Origin: an uncultured Clostridia bacterium | GTDB taxonomy: Bacteria > Bacillota > Clostridia > UBA1381 | DNA length: 64,000 bases | Assembly: GCA_946621875.1 (NCBI GenBank) | Contig: CAMOOX010000001.1 | Span: forward strand, 6,280-70,279 | Direction: 5' to 3' | In this document: in pieces, positions 1-12,717 of the stretch | Layout: every line of letters begins with the position of its first letter | Numbering within the stretch: the first letter of the stretch is position 1 | Notes under the pieces: model-generated | The model's database searches: none | The model's input: the letters and a program-made list of their open reading frames with translations, nothing else | Told to the model about the DNA's origin: nothing | Position numbers and translations under genes: made by a program

Positions 1-1473
1 ACTGGATGCGGTCTTTTGGGTTTTTTGCGGCTTTCCATTATGGGACTTCACCCACAGGGTATGCAACCATTTGAAATGAAGGAAAGTTATGTAGTATGTA
101 ACGGTGAAATATACGGCTACGAGAAAACAAAAGCAGAGCTAAAAGCTAAGGGGTATGCCTTTAAAAGCGATTCCGACTGTGAAATCCTGCTGCCTTTATA
201 TAAAGAATATGGCGTAGATATGTTTAAGCTTTTAGATGCGGAATTTGCACTCATTATATATGACGGAAAAACAGGCGAGTATATAGCTGCGCGTGACCCT
301 ATCGGCATACGACCGCTTTTTTACGGATACGATGAAAAAAGTACAATTATTTTTGCAAGCGAGCCAAAAAATCTTATGGGACTTTGCAATAAAATTATGC
401 CGTTTCCGCCCGGGCACTATTACAAAAATGGCGAATTTATCTGTTATCGTGATGTAACCGAAGTAAAAAAATATGTAAATGACGATTTAAATACTATTTG
501 CGAAAATATCCGAAAAAAGCTTGTTTCGGGCATCAAAAAAAGGCTTGTTGCTGATGCAAAGGTGGGATTTTTGTTAAGCGGAGGACTCGATAGTTCCATT
601 GTTTGCGCAGTTGCGGCAAAAGAAAGTAAAACACCTATTCGCACCTTTGCAATAGGTATGAGCGAGGACGCAATTGACTTAAAATATGCAAAGCAGGTTG
701 CAGACTTCATAGGGAGCGAACACAGGGAAGTTATAATAAACAAGGACATAGTTTTGGAAAATTTAGAAAAGGTTATAGAAATACTTGCAACATACGATAT
801 TACTACAATAAGGGCAAGTATGGGAATGTACCTTATCTGCAAAGCTATTCACGAAGAAACCGATATACGGGTACTATTAACGGGCGAGATTTCAGATGAG
901 CTTTTTGGATATAAATATACCGATTTTGCACCAACCGCAGAAGACTTTCAAAAGGAAGCTGTAAAGCGTATAAAAGAGCTTTATGCCTATGATGTTCTGC
1001 GTGCGGACAGATGTATAAGCGTAAACTCATTGGAGGCAAGAGTACCATTTGGGGATCTTGATTTTGCGGAATATGTTATGAGCATAAATCCTGAAAAAAA
1101 GATAAATGTTTACGGTAAGGGAAAGTATCTTTTAAGAAAAGCCTTTGATGGAGATTATCTGCCGTATGAGATATTGTGGCGTGAAAAGGCGGCATTTTCT
1201 GACGCTGTCGGGCATTCAATGGTTGATTATTTGAAGGAATATGCAAACGGTTTCTATACAGACAGTGAATTTACAGAAAAATCAGAAAAATATACTTTTG
1301 CAAAACCGTTTACAAAGGAATCACTTTTGTATCGTGAAATTTTTGAAAAATACTACCCAAATCAAGCGGAAATGGTGCCTGATTTTTGGATGCCGAATAG
1401 AAGCTGGGAGGGCTGTGATGTTGACGACCCGTCGGCAAGAGTTTTAAAAAACTACGGGAAAAGCGGAGTTTAA
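1..1473 (+). CDS. asnB: Asparagine synthase (glutamine-hydrolysing), 5' end cut by the window edge
   Basis: Frame 1 is open from nt 1 into the listed 485-aa ORF. PP-loop FLLSGGLDSS and an AsnB-type synthetase C-domain are present. The N-terminal catalytic Cys lies left of the window. Confidence 0.9.
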   Translation, partial: TGCGLLGFLRLSIMGLHPQGMQPFEMKESYVVCNGEIYGYEKTKAELKAKGYAFKSDSDCEILLPLYKEYGVDMFKLLDAEFALIIYDGKTGEYIAARDPIGIRPLFYGYDEKSTIIFASEPKNLMGLCNKIMPFPPGHYYKNGEFICYRDVTEVKKYVNDDLNTICENIRKKLVSGIKKRLVADAKVGFLLSGGLDSSIVCAVAAKESKTPIRTFAIGMSEDAIDLKYAKQVADFIGSEHREVIINKDIVLENLEKVIEILATYDITTIRASMGMYLICKAIHEETDIRVLLTGEISDELFGYKYTDFAPTAEDFQKEAVKRIKELYAYDVLRADRCISVNSLEARVPFGDLDFAEYVMSINPEKKINVYGKGKYLLRKAFDGDYLPYEILWREKAAFSDAVGHSMVDYLKEYANGFYTDSEFTEKSEKYTFAKPFTKESLLYREIFEKYYPNQAEMVPDFWMPNRSWEGCDVDDPSARVLKNYGKSGV

Positions 1474-1485
1474 TCGGAGGAGATT

Positions 1486-4400
1486 ATGAAAGGTTTATAT
1501 GACGAAAGATTTGAACACGACGCCTGCGGTATCGGTGCGGTTATAAATATCAAGGGTAAAAAGGAGCATAAGGTCATAGACGATGCCTTAAAAATCGTTG
1601 AAAAATTAGAGCATAGAGCAGGAAAAGACGCAAGCGGCGAAGTGGGCGACGGCGTTGGGATAATGACGCAGATTTCACACGATTTTTTTAAAAAACACAG
1701 CGGCTTTGAGCTTTTAGGTGAGCGTGATTACGGTGTCGGTATGTTCTTTTTTCCGCAGGATACGCTAAGACGAAAACAGGCAATGAAAATGTTTGAGCTA
1801 ATAAGCGAAAAAGAGGGCGTTTTTACTATCGGCTGGCGTGAAGTTCCGATAAGCCCTGAAATTTTGGGCAAAAAAGCAAAGGACAGTATGCCGTATATTA
1901 TGCAGTGCTTTTTAAAAAGACCTGAAAATATAGAAAAAGGCATAGATTTTGATAGGAAACTATATGTAATACGCAGGGTTTTTGAGCATTGTGGAGAGGG
2001 GACTTATGTCGTTTCTCTGTCATCAAGGACTATTGTGTATAAGGGAATGTTTTTGGTAGGACAGCTCAGAAATTTTTACCACGATTTACAAAGCGAGGAC
2101 TATAAATCAGCTATTGCAATGGTACACTCGCGTTTTTCCACCAATACAAATCCAAGCTGGGAGCGTGCGCATCCAAACAGATTTTTACTCCACAACGGCG
2201 AGATAAATACGATAAGGGGTAATGCCGACAGAATGCTTGCCCGTGAGGAAACTATGAAATCAAGCCTTTTGGCAAATGAAATGGATAAAATTTTGCCGGC
2301 GGTAGATACCAAAGGCTCGGACTCGGCTATGCTTGATAATACTGTTGAATTTATGGTAATGAACGGAATTGACCTGCCCCTTGCGATGATGATTACAATT
2401 CCTGAACCGTGGGATAAGATTTGTGATATGGAACGAGAAAAAAGGGATATGTATAAATACTATTCCACAATGATGGAGGCTTGGGACGGACCGGCATCAA
2501 TTCTCTTTTCGGACGGCGATATTGTAGGTGCGACCTTAGACAGAAACGGTCTTAGACCGTCAAGATATTATATCACAAAGGATAATTATCTTGTGCTTTC
2601 ATCAGAGGTCGGAGTTTTGGATTTTGCGCCAGAAAATATCGCAAAAAAATCTCGCTTAGAGCCCGGAAAAATGCTTTTGGTTGATACGGTAAAGGGTGAA
2701 ATTATAGATGATAATCAACTGAAAAGCTACTATGCAAATCGTCACCCATACGGAGAGTGGCTTGATAAATATTTAAAAAAGCTTTCAGAACTCCCAATAC
2801 CGAACGAAAAGATAGAAGTGTATGAACAGTCTGTAAGGGATAGACTTTATAAGGCTTTCGGCTACACCTATGAGGATATAGCAGAGGCTATTTTGCCTAT
2901 GGCAAAAACCGGCGCAGAGTCCACTGCAGCAATGGGTATAGATGTACCTCTTGCAGTTTTATCACCCAATCACCAGCCGCTTTTTAACTACTTTAAACAG
3001 TTATTTGCACAGGTTACAAATCCGCCGATTGATGCAATAAGGGAGGAAATCGTTACAAGCACATCGGTTTATGCAGGAAGTGACGGAAATTTACTTTGCG
3101 ATAAAGCAGAAAACTGTCGTGTTTTACAGATAAATAACCCTATACTGTCGGGAGTTGATTTGCTCAAAATAAAGGCGCTGTCAGGTGACGGCTTTAAGGT
3201 GGAAACAGTATCGCTTTTATATTATAAAAACACCTCTTTGGAAACAGCTGTTGATAGCCTTTTTGTAAAGGTCGATAAGGCGCATAAAAACGGTGCGAAT
3301 ATTATAATTTTATCAGACCGCGGAGTTGACGAAAATCATATTGCAATACCGTCGCTTTTAGCGGTTTCGGCGTTAGAACAGTACCTTATAAGAACGAAAA
3401 AGCGTACAAGCATTTCCATTATTTTGGAAAGTGCGGAGCCTCGTGATGTGCATCACTTTGCACTCCTTTTGGGCTATGGCGCAAGAGCGGTAAATCCGTA
3501 CCTTGCAGATGAGGCAATTTATGAACTGATTGAAAAAGGCAAGCTTAATAAAGATTTGCATGTTGCAATAGATGACTATAATAAAGCAATTTTAAACGGA
3601 ATAGTAAAAATTGCGTCAAAAATGGGTATTTCCACAATCCGCTCATACCAATCTGCACAGATTTTTGAGGCGATAGGAATAGATAAATCTACTATTGATA
3701 AGTATTTTACCAACACGGTAAGCCGAATTGGCGGTATAGGAATTAAAGAAATCGGCGAATCTGTCGAATGGCTTCATTCTCACGCTTTTGACCAGCTTGG
3801 CTTAGGAGTTGACACAAGCTTAGAGAGCACGGGAGAGCATAAATTAAGGAGCGGTGCGGAAAAGTACGACCATATGTATAATCCGGAAACAATAGTTGCT
3901 CTTCAAAAAGCCACAAGGCTTGGCGATTATAATCTGTTTAAAGAATATACAAAAATGGTTGATGATGAAACAAAGCCGCATACGCTCCGAGGGCTTTTGG
4001 AATTTGCCTTTGATACGGCAAATCCGATACCCGTTGAGCAGGTTGAATCCGTAGAAAGTATTGTAAAGCGTTTTAAAACAGGCGCTATGTCTTATGGCTC
4101 AATATCGCAGGAGGCGCACGAATGTCTTGCCAAAGCGATGAATAAAATAGGCGGAAAGTCAAATTCAGGTGAGGGCGGAGAACTTCCTGAAAGACTTTGC
4201 TCCGACCTTTCAAGTGCTATTAAGCAGGTTGCATCGGGAAGGTTTGGCGTAACAAGCGAATACTTAATGAGCGCAAAGGAAATTCAGATAAAAATGGCAC
4301 AGGGAGCAAAACCCGGTGAGGGCGGACATCTTCCGGGCAAAAAGGTGTATCCATGGATTGCAAAAACGAGATATTCAACTCCCGGGGTATCCTTAATTTC

Positions 4401-5994
4401 ACCGCCTCCGCATCACGATATTTATTCTATCGAGGACTTGGCACAGCTTATTTATGACCTGAAAAATGCAAACAGAAATGCACGAATTTCGGTAAAGCTT
4501 GTGTCGGAGGCAGGGGTAGGCACGATTGCCGCAGGTGTTGCCAAGGCCGGCGCACAGGTAATACTTGTGTCCGGTTATGACGGCGGAACCGGCACTGCAC
4601 CGAAAAGCTCAATTCATAATGCAGGACTTCCTTGGGAATTAGGACTCTCAGAAACGCATCAGACGCTTATCCAAAACGGGTTAAGGTCAAAAGTGGTAAT
4701 TGAAACTGACGGAAAACTTATGAGCGGCAGAGATGTTGCTATTGCGTGTCTTTTGGGTGCAGAGGAATTCGGTTTTGCGACAGCGCCACTTGTTACAATG
4801 GGCTGTGTGATGATGCGCGTCTGCAATCTTGATACCTGTCCTATGGGTATTGCTACGCAAAATCCCGAGCTTCGCAAGCATTTCTGCGGAAAACCTGAAT
4901 ATATTGTGAATTTTATGTACTTTATAGCAGAAGAGTTTCGCGAAATTATGGCAAAGTTAGGTATAAGAACGGTCGGTGAAATGGTTGGGCATACTGAGTT
5001 TTTGCGAGTGCGCAAAAATAACACAACGCCTATGGCAAGTCTTATTGATATGAGCAAAATTTTGTGTCAAAGCGCAGTTTGCGGCAAAACGCACTTTGAT
5101 AAAGCCGATATTTATGATTTTAAGCTTGAAAATACCATTGACGAGAGAATACTTTTAAAGAATTTTGAAAAATCCTTGAAAACAGGCAAAAAATCGCAAA
5201 CGGAAATTCGTGTTACAAGCACAGACAGGTCAGTAGGCACGATTTTAGGCTCGGAAATTACAAAGAATTTCAAAAACACTTTGCCCGATGACACCTTCTT
5301 GGTAAACTGCACGGGCGGAGGCGGTCAGTCCTTTGGTGCATTTATCCCAAAAGGTCTTACAATCAAACTTTGCGGTGACTCCAATGACTATTTCGGCAAA
5401 GGCTTATCAGGCGGAAAACTTATTGTTTATCCGCCGGAAGAAAGCACTTTTAAGGCGGAGGAAACCATAATTATCGGAAATGTTGCACTATATGGCGCAA
5501 CAAGCGGAAAGGCCTTTATAAACGGCGTAGCAGGTGAGCGGTTTTGCGTTAGAAATTCAGGCGCTGTTGCCGTTTGCGAGGGTGTGGGCGACCACGGACT
5601 TGAATATATGACAGGCGGAATGGCGCTGATTTTAGGAAAAACCGGCAAAAACTTTGCCGCAGGTATGAGCGGCGGTGTTGCCTATGTTTATGACCCAAAT
5701 CACAGTCTTTACAAGAAAATCAACAAAGCTTTGGTAGATGTTGATGAAGTACGAAAGACTTGCGATAAAGAGCAAATAAAAGCCTTGATTTTAGAACATT
5801 ATGAGGCTACAACCTCAAAAAAAGCAAAAGAAATTTTAGATAATTTTGAAGAAGAAATAAGCAGCTTTAAGGTTGTAATACCTCGTGACTATAAAAAGAT
5901 ACTTGAAGAGATTTCAAAAAACAAGGCAAATGGTATGACAGATGAAGATGCGGAAATTGAAGCATTTTACAGCGTTACAAGGGAGGTGATATAA
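1486..5994 (+). CDS. gltB: Glutamate synthase large subunit
   Basis: 1502 aa. Ntn amidotransferase start (..HDACGIGAV), a central FMN/Fe-S domain and a C-terminal GXGXG beta-helix domain. AGGAGA RBS; 12 nt after asnB. Confidence 0.95.
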   Translation: MKGLYDERFEHDACGIGAVINIKGKKEHKVIDDALKIVEKLEHRAGKDASGEVGDGVGIMTQISHDFFKKHSGFELLGERDYGVGMFFFPQDTLRRKQAMKMFELISEKEGVFTIGWREVPISPEILGKKAKDSMPYIMQCFLKRPENIEKGIDFDRKLYVIRRVFEHCGEGTYVVSLSSRTIVYKGMFLVGQLRNFYHDLQSEDYKSAIAMVHSRFSTNTNPSWERAHPNRFLLHNGEINTIRGNADRMLAREETMKSSLLANEMDKILPAVDTKGSDSAMLDNTVEFMVMNGIDLPLAMMITIPEPWDKICDMEREKRDMYKYYSTMMEAWDGPASILFSDGDIVGATLDRNGLRPSRYYITKDNYLVLSSEVGVLDFAPENIAKKSRLEPGKMLLVDTVKGEIIDDNQLKSYYANRHPYGEWLDKYLKKLSELPIPNEKIEVYEQSVRDRLYKAFGYTYEDIAEAILPMAKTGAESTAAMGIDVPLAVLSPNHQPLFNYFKQLFAQVTNPPIDAIREEIVTSTSVYAGSDGNLLCDKAENCRVLQINNPILSGVDLLKIKALSGDGFKVETVSLLYYKNTSLETAVDSLFVKVDKAHKNGANIIILSDRGVDENHIAIPSLLAVSALEQYLIRTKKRTSISIILESAEPRDVHHFALLLGYGARAVNPYLADEAIYELIEKGKLNKDLHVAIDDYNKAILNGIVKIASKMGISTIRSYQSAQIFEAIGIDKSTIDKYFTNTVSRIGGIGIKEIGESVEWLHSHAFDQLGLGVDTSLESTGEHKLRSGAEKYDHMYNPETIVALQKATRLGDYNLFKEYTKMVDDETKPHTLRGLLEFAFDTANPIPVEQVESVESIVKRFKTGAMSYGSISQEAHECLAKAMNKIGGKSNSGEGGELPERLCSDLSSAIKQVASGRFGVTSEYLMSAKEIQIKMAQGAKPGEGGHLPGKKVYPWIAKTRYSTPGVSLISPPPHHDIYSIEDLAQLIYDLKNANRNARISVKLVSEAGVGTIAAGVAKAGAQVILVSGYDGGTGTAPKSSIHNAGLPWELGLSETHQTLIQNGLRSKVVIETDGKLMSGRDVAIACLLGAEEFGFATAPLVTMGCVMMRVCNLDTCPMGIATQNPELRKHFCGKPEYIVNFMYFIAEEFREIMAKLGIRTVGEMVGHTEFLRVRKNNTTPMASLIDMSKILCQSAVCGKTHFDKADIYDFKLENTIDERILLKNFEKSLKTGKKSQTEIRVTSTDRSVGTILGSEITKNFKNTLPDDTFLVNCTGGGGQSFGAFIPKGLTIKLCGDSNDYFGKGLSGGKLIVYPPEESTFKAEETIIIGNVALYGATSGKAFINGVAGERFCVRNSGAVAVCEGVGDHGLEYMTGGMALILGKTGKNFAAGMSGGVAYVYDPNHSLYKKINKALVDVDEVRKTCDKEQIKALILEHYEATTSKKAKEILDNFEEEISSFKVVIPRDYKKILEEISKNKANGMTDEDAEIEAFYSVTREVI

Positions 5995-5995
5995 A

Positions 5996-9075
<3,080 letters not shown>

Positions 9076-9142
9076 TCATTGTTATATTCCCGTTTTCGAG
9101 AACAAATTGTATAAAAAACAACATTTTACGATAAAATCGCTC

Positions 9143-9171
9143 TTGAAGTCCTATAATTCCTATGATATAAT
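9143..9171 (+). promoter_or_regulatory. Sigma-A-type promoter of the Rrf2 gene
   Basis: TTGAAG (9143-9148), 17-nt spacer, TGa-TATAAT (9166-9171). The spacer holds TAATTCCTAT (9154-9163) and the palindrome CCTAT-N6-ATAGG (9159-9174). Confidence 0.55.
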
Positions 9172-9197
9172 AGGTATTATAAAGGATGGTGTTAATT

Positions 9198-9632
9198 ATG
9201 ATTACAACCCGTGGACGATATGCACTTCGTATGATGGTAGACCTTGCTGAGCATCAGGAGTCAGGCTTTGTATCACTTAAAGAAATAGCGAAGAGGCAGG
9301 ACATTTCAAGAAAGTATCTGGAACAAATTATCCCTATGCTGAACAGGGCATCACTATTGCAAACATCTCGAGGCTCCGGCGGCGGATACAAGCTTATCAA
9401 AGCTCCGAAGGATTATACGGTAGGTGAGATACTGCGGGCTGCGGAAGGCAGTATGGCACCCGTTTCCTGCTTGGAGGGTGAAATCAACACTTGTCCGAGA
9501 TGCATAGAGTGTGCCACGCTTTTTGTTTGGCAGGGATTAAAAGAACTTGAAGAAGATTACTTGAATGGAATAACACTTCAGGATATCATTGATAAACAAG
9601 CCCAAAATGCAGGAAATGACTATAATATTTAG
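9198..9632 (+). CDS. Rrf2-family transcriptional regulator (CymR/IscR-like)
   Basis: MITTRGRYALRMMVDLA winged-helix N-terminus typical of Rrf2. C-terminal Cys cluster C-x7-C-x2-C-x2-C. Sits directly upstream of metY-cysK. Confidence 0.85.
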   Translation: MITTRGRYALRMMVDLAEHQESGFVSLKEIAKRQDISRKYLEQIIPMLNRASLLQTSRGSGGGYKLIKAPKDYTVGEILRAAEGSMAPVSCLEGEINTCPRCIECATLFVWQGLKELEEDYLNGITLQDIIDKQAQNAGNDYNI

Positions 9633-9635
9633 CTG

Positions 9636-9672
9636 TTTAGGAGGCTAAAAAAGTGCCTCCTAAAAATTTTTT
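9636..9672 (+). terminator. Intrinsic terminator after the Rrf2 gene
   Basis: Stem TTTAGGAGGC / GCCTCCTAAA with a 9-nt loop, followed by AA and TTTTTT. Confidence 0.65.
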
Positions 9673-9694
9673 CAAATAAATCTTATAAAACCTA

Positions 9695-9723
9695 TTGACA
9701 AAGTAGGAAATATATGTTATAGT
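9695..9723 (+). promoter_or_regulatory. Sigma-A-type promoter of the metY-cysK operon
   Basis: TTGACA (9695-9700), 17-nt spacer, TGt-TATAGT (9718-9723). Confidence 0.6.
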
Positions 9724-9756
9724 ATGCTCATCAAGCGAAAAAGGAGGCACGAAAAT

Positions 9757-9828
9757 ATGAGAAATTATTTTGAAATACTTGTTCGTGCAAATTTCCGTTT
9801 CGGTCGAATGTGCCGATGTTATAAATAA
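9757..9828 (+). CDS. Candidate 23-codon leader ORF (MRNYFEILVRANFRFGRMCRCYK) in the metY-cysK 5' leader
   Basis: AAGGAGG (9741-9747) lies 9 nt before the ATG. Met-Cys-Arg-Cys sits near the C-terminus. Too short for the ORF track. No homology evidence. Confidence 0.3.
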   Translation: MRNYFEILVRANFRFGRMCRCYK

Positions 9829-9874
9829 AAAAATCTTATAACAAAACACAATTGATTGAAAGGGAAGAATAAAA

Positions 9875-11158
9875 ATGAGTAACTATAAATTTGAAACGAT
9901 ACAAATTCACGCAGGACAGGAACAGCCTGACCCGGCAACAGACGCAAGGGCAGTACCGATTTATGCGACGACCTCCTATGTTTTTAAGGATTCTAATCAG
10001 GCAGCAGGAAGATTTGGACTTACAGAAGGGGGAAATATCTACACAAGACTTATGAACCCTACTTCTGATGTTTTTGAACAAAGAATAGCAGCGTTAGAAG
10101 GGGGAGCTGCCGCGCTTTCTGTTGCAACAGGCTCCGCTGCAATTTCCTATGCCATTCAGAATATCGCAACAGCAGGCGATCATATCGTATCCTCTGTAAA
10201 TGTCTATGGTGGAACACATAATCTTTTAGCAAATACATTAAAGGAACAAGGACTTTCTACAACTTTTGTCAATCCCGAAAATCCCGAAAATTTTGAAAAA
10301 GCAATTAAGCCCAACACGAAGCTTTTGTATGCCGAAACGCTGGGTAATCCAAATTCAAATGTTATCGATTTAAAGGCTATCTCGGATATTGCACATAAGC
10401 ACGGCATACCATTTATTGTCGATAATACCTTTGCTACCCCATATCTCCTCCGCCCGATTGAGTTCGGTGCGGATGTAGTTGTTCATTCTGCGACAAAATT
10501 TATCGGCGGTCACGGAACAGTAATGGGCGGCGTTATTATTGACAGCGGCAAATTCGATTGGGCGCAAAATGATAAATTTCCGGGGCTAACAAAACCAAAT
10601 CCGTCATATCACGGCGTTGTATTCACGGAGGCGGTGGGAAATCTTGCTTATATTATTAAAATAAGAACAACGCTTCTGCGTGACCAAGGGGCGACAATTT
10701 CGCCGTTTAATTCATTCCTTTTATTGCAGGGACTTGAAACTCTTTCACTTCGTGTTGAGCGTCATACAGAAAACGCCTTAAAGGTTGTTGACTTTTTGAA
10801 AAATCATCAACAAGTAGCAAGGGTAAATCACCCGTCGCTTGCAGAGGGAAGAGCAAAAGACCTCTATAACGAGTATTTCCCAAATGGCGCTGCTTCAATA
10901 TTCACTTTTGAAGTAAAAGGAACGGCGGAGGATGCCAAGAAATTTACTGAAAGCTTAAAGCTTTTCTCGCTTTTAGCAAATGTTGCCGATGTTAAATCAC
11001 TTGTTATCCACCCCGCGTCAACTACACACAGTCAGCTTAGCGAAGAAGAATTGCTAAAATCGGGAATTACACCCACAACTGTGCGTCTTTCAATAGGAAC
11101 AGAGCATATTGATGATATTATCGACGATTTGGAGCAAGGCTTCAATGCAATAAAATAA
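9875..11158 (+). CDS. metY: O-acetylhomoserine (thiol)-lyase / sulfhydrylase, PLP-dependent
   Basis: 427 aa, Cys/Met-metabolism PLP family. PLP-lysine motif [11 protein letters not shown]; N-terminal [10 protein letters not shown]. Confidence 0.88.
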   Translation: MSNYKFETIQIHAGQEQPDPATDARAVPIYATTSYVFKDSNQAAGRFGLTEGGNIYTRLMNPTSDVFEQRIAALEGGAAALSVATGSAAISYAIQNIATAGDHIVSSVNVYGGTHNLLANTLKEQGLSTTFVNPENPENFEKAIKPNTKLLYAETLGNPNSNVIDLKAISDIAHKHGIPFIVDNTFATPYLLRPIEFGADVVVHSATKFIGGHGTVMGGVIIDSGKFDWAQNDKFPGLTKPNPSYHGVVFTEAVGNLAYIIKIRTTLLRDQGATISPFNSFLLLQGLETLSLRVERHTENALKVVDFLKNHQQVARVNHPSLAEGRAKDLYNEYFPNGAASIFTFEVKGTAEDAKKFTESLKLFSLLANVADVKSLVIHPASTTHSQLSEEELLKSGITPTTVRLSIGTEHIDDIIDDLEQGFNAIK

Positions 11159-11185
11159 AGTGAAAAATTGAAAGGAAGGATAATT

Positions 11186-12118
11186 ATGTCAAATATTTAT
11201 AAATCAGCAGACCAACTAATAGGAAAAACTCCGCTTTTGGAGCTTACACACATTGAAAAGAAATACGGTTTAAAGGCAAAAATCATTGCAAAGCTGGAAT
11301 ACTTTAATCCGGCAGGTTCTGTAAAGGACAGGATTGCAAAGGCAATGATTGACGATGCAGAAAAAGCAGGAAAACTTGTAGAAGGTTCTGTTATCATTGA
11401 GCCGACGAGCGGTAATACAGGCATCGGTCTTGCCTCTGTTGCAGCAGCAAGAGGTTACCGCATAATTTTGACAATGCCTGAAACAATGTCGGTTGAAAGA
11501 CGCCAGCTTATAAAAGCATACGGTGCGGAAATCGTATTAACAGAGGGCGCAAAGGGAATGAAAGGTGCTATTGCAAAGGCTGAGGAGCTTGCAAAGGAAA
11601 TCCCGAACAGTTTTATCCCGGGACAGTTTGTAAATCCTGCTAATCCGACAGCACACAGAGAAACTACGGGTCCTGAAATTTATGAAGATACCGACGGGAA
11701 GATTGATTACTTTGTCGCAGGAGTTGGTACCGGCGGAACGGTTACAGGTGTTGGCGAGTACTTAAAATCAAAAAATTCTGACATAAAAGTTATTGCGGTT
11801 GAGCCTGCTACATCAGCCGTACTTTCAACAGGTGTTGCAGGACCGCATAAAATTCAAGGAATTGGTGCCGGCTTTGTTCCGGAGGTATTAAATACAAATG
11901 TTTATGATGAGATAATTCCTGTTGCCAATGAAGATGCATTTGCCGCGGGAAAAGAAATAGGCAGAAGTGAGGGTGTTTTGGTAGGAATTTCATCAGGAGC
12001 TGCGGCATTTGCGGCAATAGAGCTTGCAAAGCGTCCGGAAAATGAAGGAAAAACAATAGTTGTTCTTTTGCCTGATACAGGCGACAGATATCTTTCAACA
12101 CCGCTATTTGCAGACTAA
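11186..12118 (+). CDS. cysK: Cysteine synthase A (O-acetylserine sulfhydrylase)
   Basis: PLP Lys motif [22 protein letters not shown] loop. ATG at 11186 sits behind an AAGGAAGGA RBS (the track start at 11168 is a TTG). Confidence 0.92.
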   Translation: MSNIYKSADQLIGKTPLLELTHIEKKYGLKAKIIAKLEYFNPAGSVKDRIAKAMIDDAEKAGKLVEGSVIIEPTSGNTGIGLASVAAARGYRIILTMPETMSVERRQLIKAYGAEIVLTEGAKGMKGAIAKAEELAKEIPNSFIPGQFVNPANPTAHRETTGPEIYEDTDGKIDYFVAGVGTGGTVTGVGEYLKSKNSDIKVIAVEPATSAVLSTGVAGPHKIQGIGAGFVPEVLNTNVYDEIIPVANEDAFAAGKEIGRSEGVLVGISSGAAAFAAIELAKRPENEGKTIVVLLPDTGDRYLSTPLFAD

Positions 12119-12180
12119 AATAGACATTACGCAGGAATAAAGGCATTTAATGTTTCTTTTACTGGTGGTTATGACTAAAA

Positions 12181-12384
12181 TCACAAATCCTTTGTGAATA
12201 TCATTATATCACTAACATTGCAGTCAAGAATATTACATAAATCATTTAAGGTTACCGTGGTAATAGGTTTGTTATGCTTTAATCTGTCAAGAAGACCACG
12301 ACTTATGTTATATTTGGTTATTAGTTTATATGTCGATATTCCTTTTTGTTTCAAAGTATTATAGAATGGCTCGTATGAAATCAT
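12181..12384 (-). CDS. Small XRE-family HTH protein (YozG/COG3655-like)
   Basis: 67 aa. ..GISTYKLITKYNISRGLLDRL..TVTLNDLCNILDCNVSDIMIF is the YozG-type pattern. The ATG at 12384 lies 6 nt after GGGTG. Paralogue at 42785..42997. Confidence 0.75.
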   Translation of the reverse strand: MISYEPFYNTLKQKGISTYKLITKYNISRGLLDRLKHNKPITTVTLNDLCNILDCNVSDIMIFTKDL

Positions 12385-12424
12385 TATCATCACCCTATTC
12401 AATAATAAAATATACTTTTATTAT

Positions 12425-12453
12425 TGACAATTGCCGATATATAGGGTATAATT
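12425..12453 (+). promoter_or_regulatory. Sigma-A-type promoter of the 78-aa ORF
   Basis: TTGACA (12425-12430), 17-nt spacer, TATAAT (12448-12453). Overlaps the AT-only imperfect inverted repeat at 12401-12426. Confidence 0.6.
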
Positions 12454-12480
12454 ACTTAAAGAAGATAATGGAGGGATACG

Positions 12481-12717
12481 ATGCATTTAAAACTTGAACT
12501 ATTAAAGGGCGCAATTTTTGAAGCTATTACAAGAGGACTTAGTTATGCAGAGATTGATGCGAATAAAATTGCGGACACAATGGCAATTAAGGCATTATCG
12601 GAAATACAACAAATTTTAAGCGATGAAGAAAAGTCGGATTTTGAGATAGTAGATGAAATAGTTAATGTTTTTGAAAAGTATAATCTTGATTTTGGCGGTT
12701 GTCACGATTTTGGATGA
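12481..12717 (+). CDS. Small acidic hypothetical protein (78 aa)
   Basis: GGAGGG RBS 5 nt upstream of the ATG, consensus promoter, terminator right after the stop. No family recognised. Ends ..YNLDFGGCHDFG. Confidence 0.6.
   Translation: MHLKLELLKGAIFEAITRGLSYAEIDANKIADTMAIKALSEIQQILSDEEKSDFEIVDEIVNVFEKYNLDFGGCHDFG

Noticed and set aside
9727-9820. Possible SAM-I (S-box) riboswitch in the metY leader, suggested by the CTCATCAAGCG...GGAGG beginning and a GATG near the end
   Set aside because: The core conserved S-box blocks (GGCCC...CCCGGCAACC, GGTGCTAA.TCC, AGATGAG closing P1) are absent. There is no four-way-junction pairing and no terminator. I report it instead as an unexplained structured leader with a uORF.
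12401-12426. First read as a perfect 10-bp inverted repeat operator in the HTH / 78-aa control region
   Set aside because: On recounting, the right arm has an extra base (AATAATAAAA versus TTTTAATTATT). It is imperfect and purely A/T, so it could arise by chance in an AT-rich spacer. I keep it only as a weak note within the finding.
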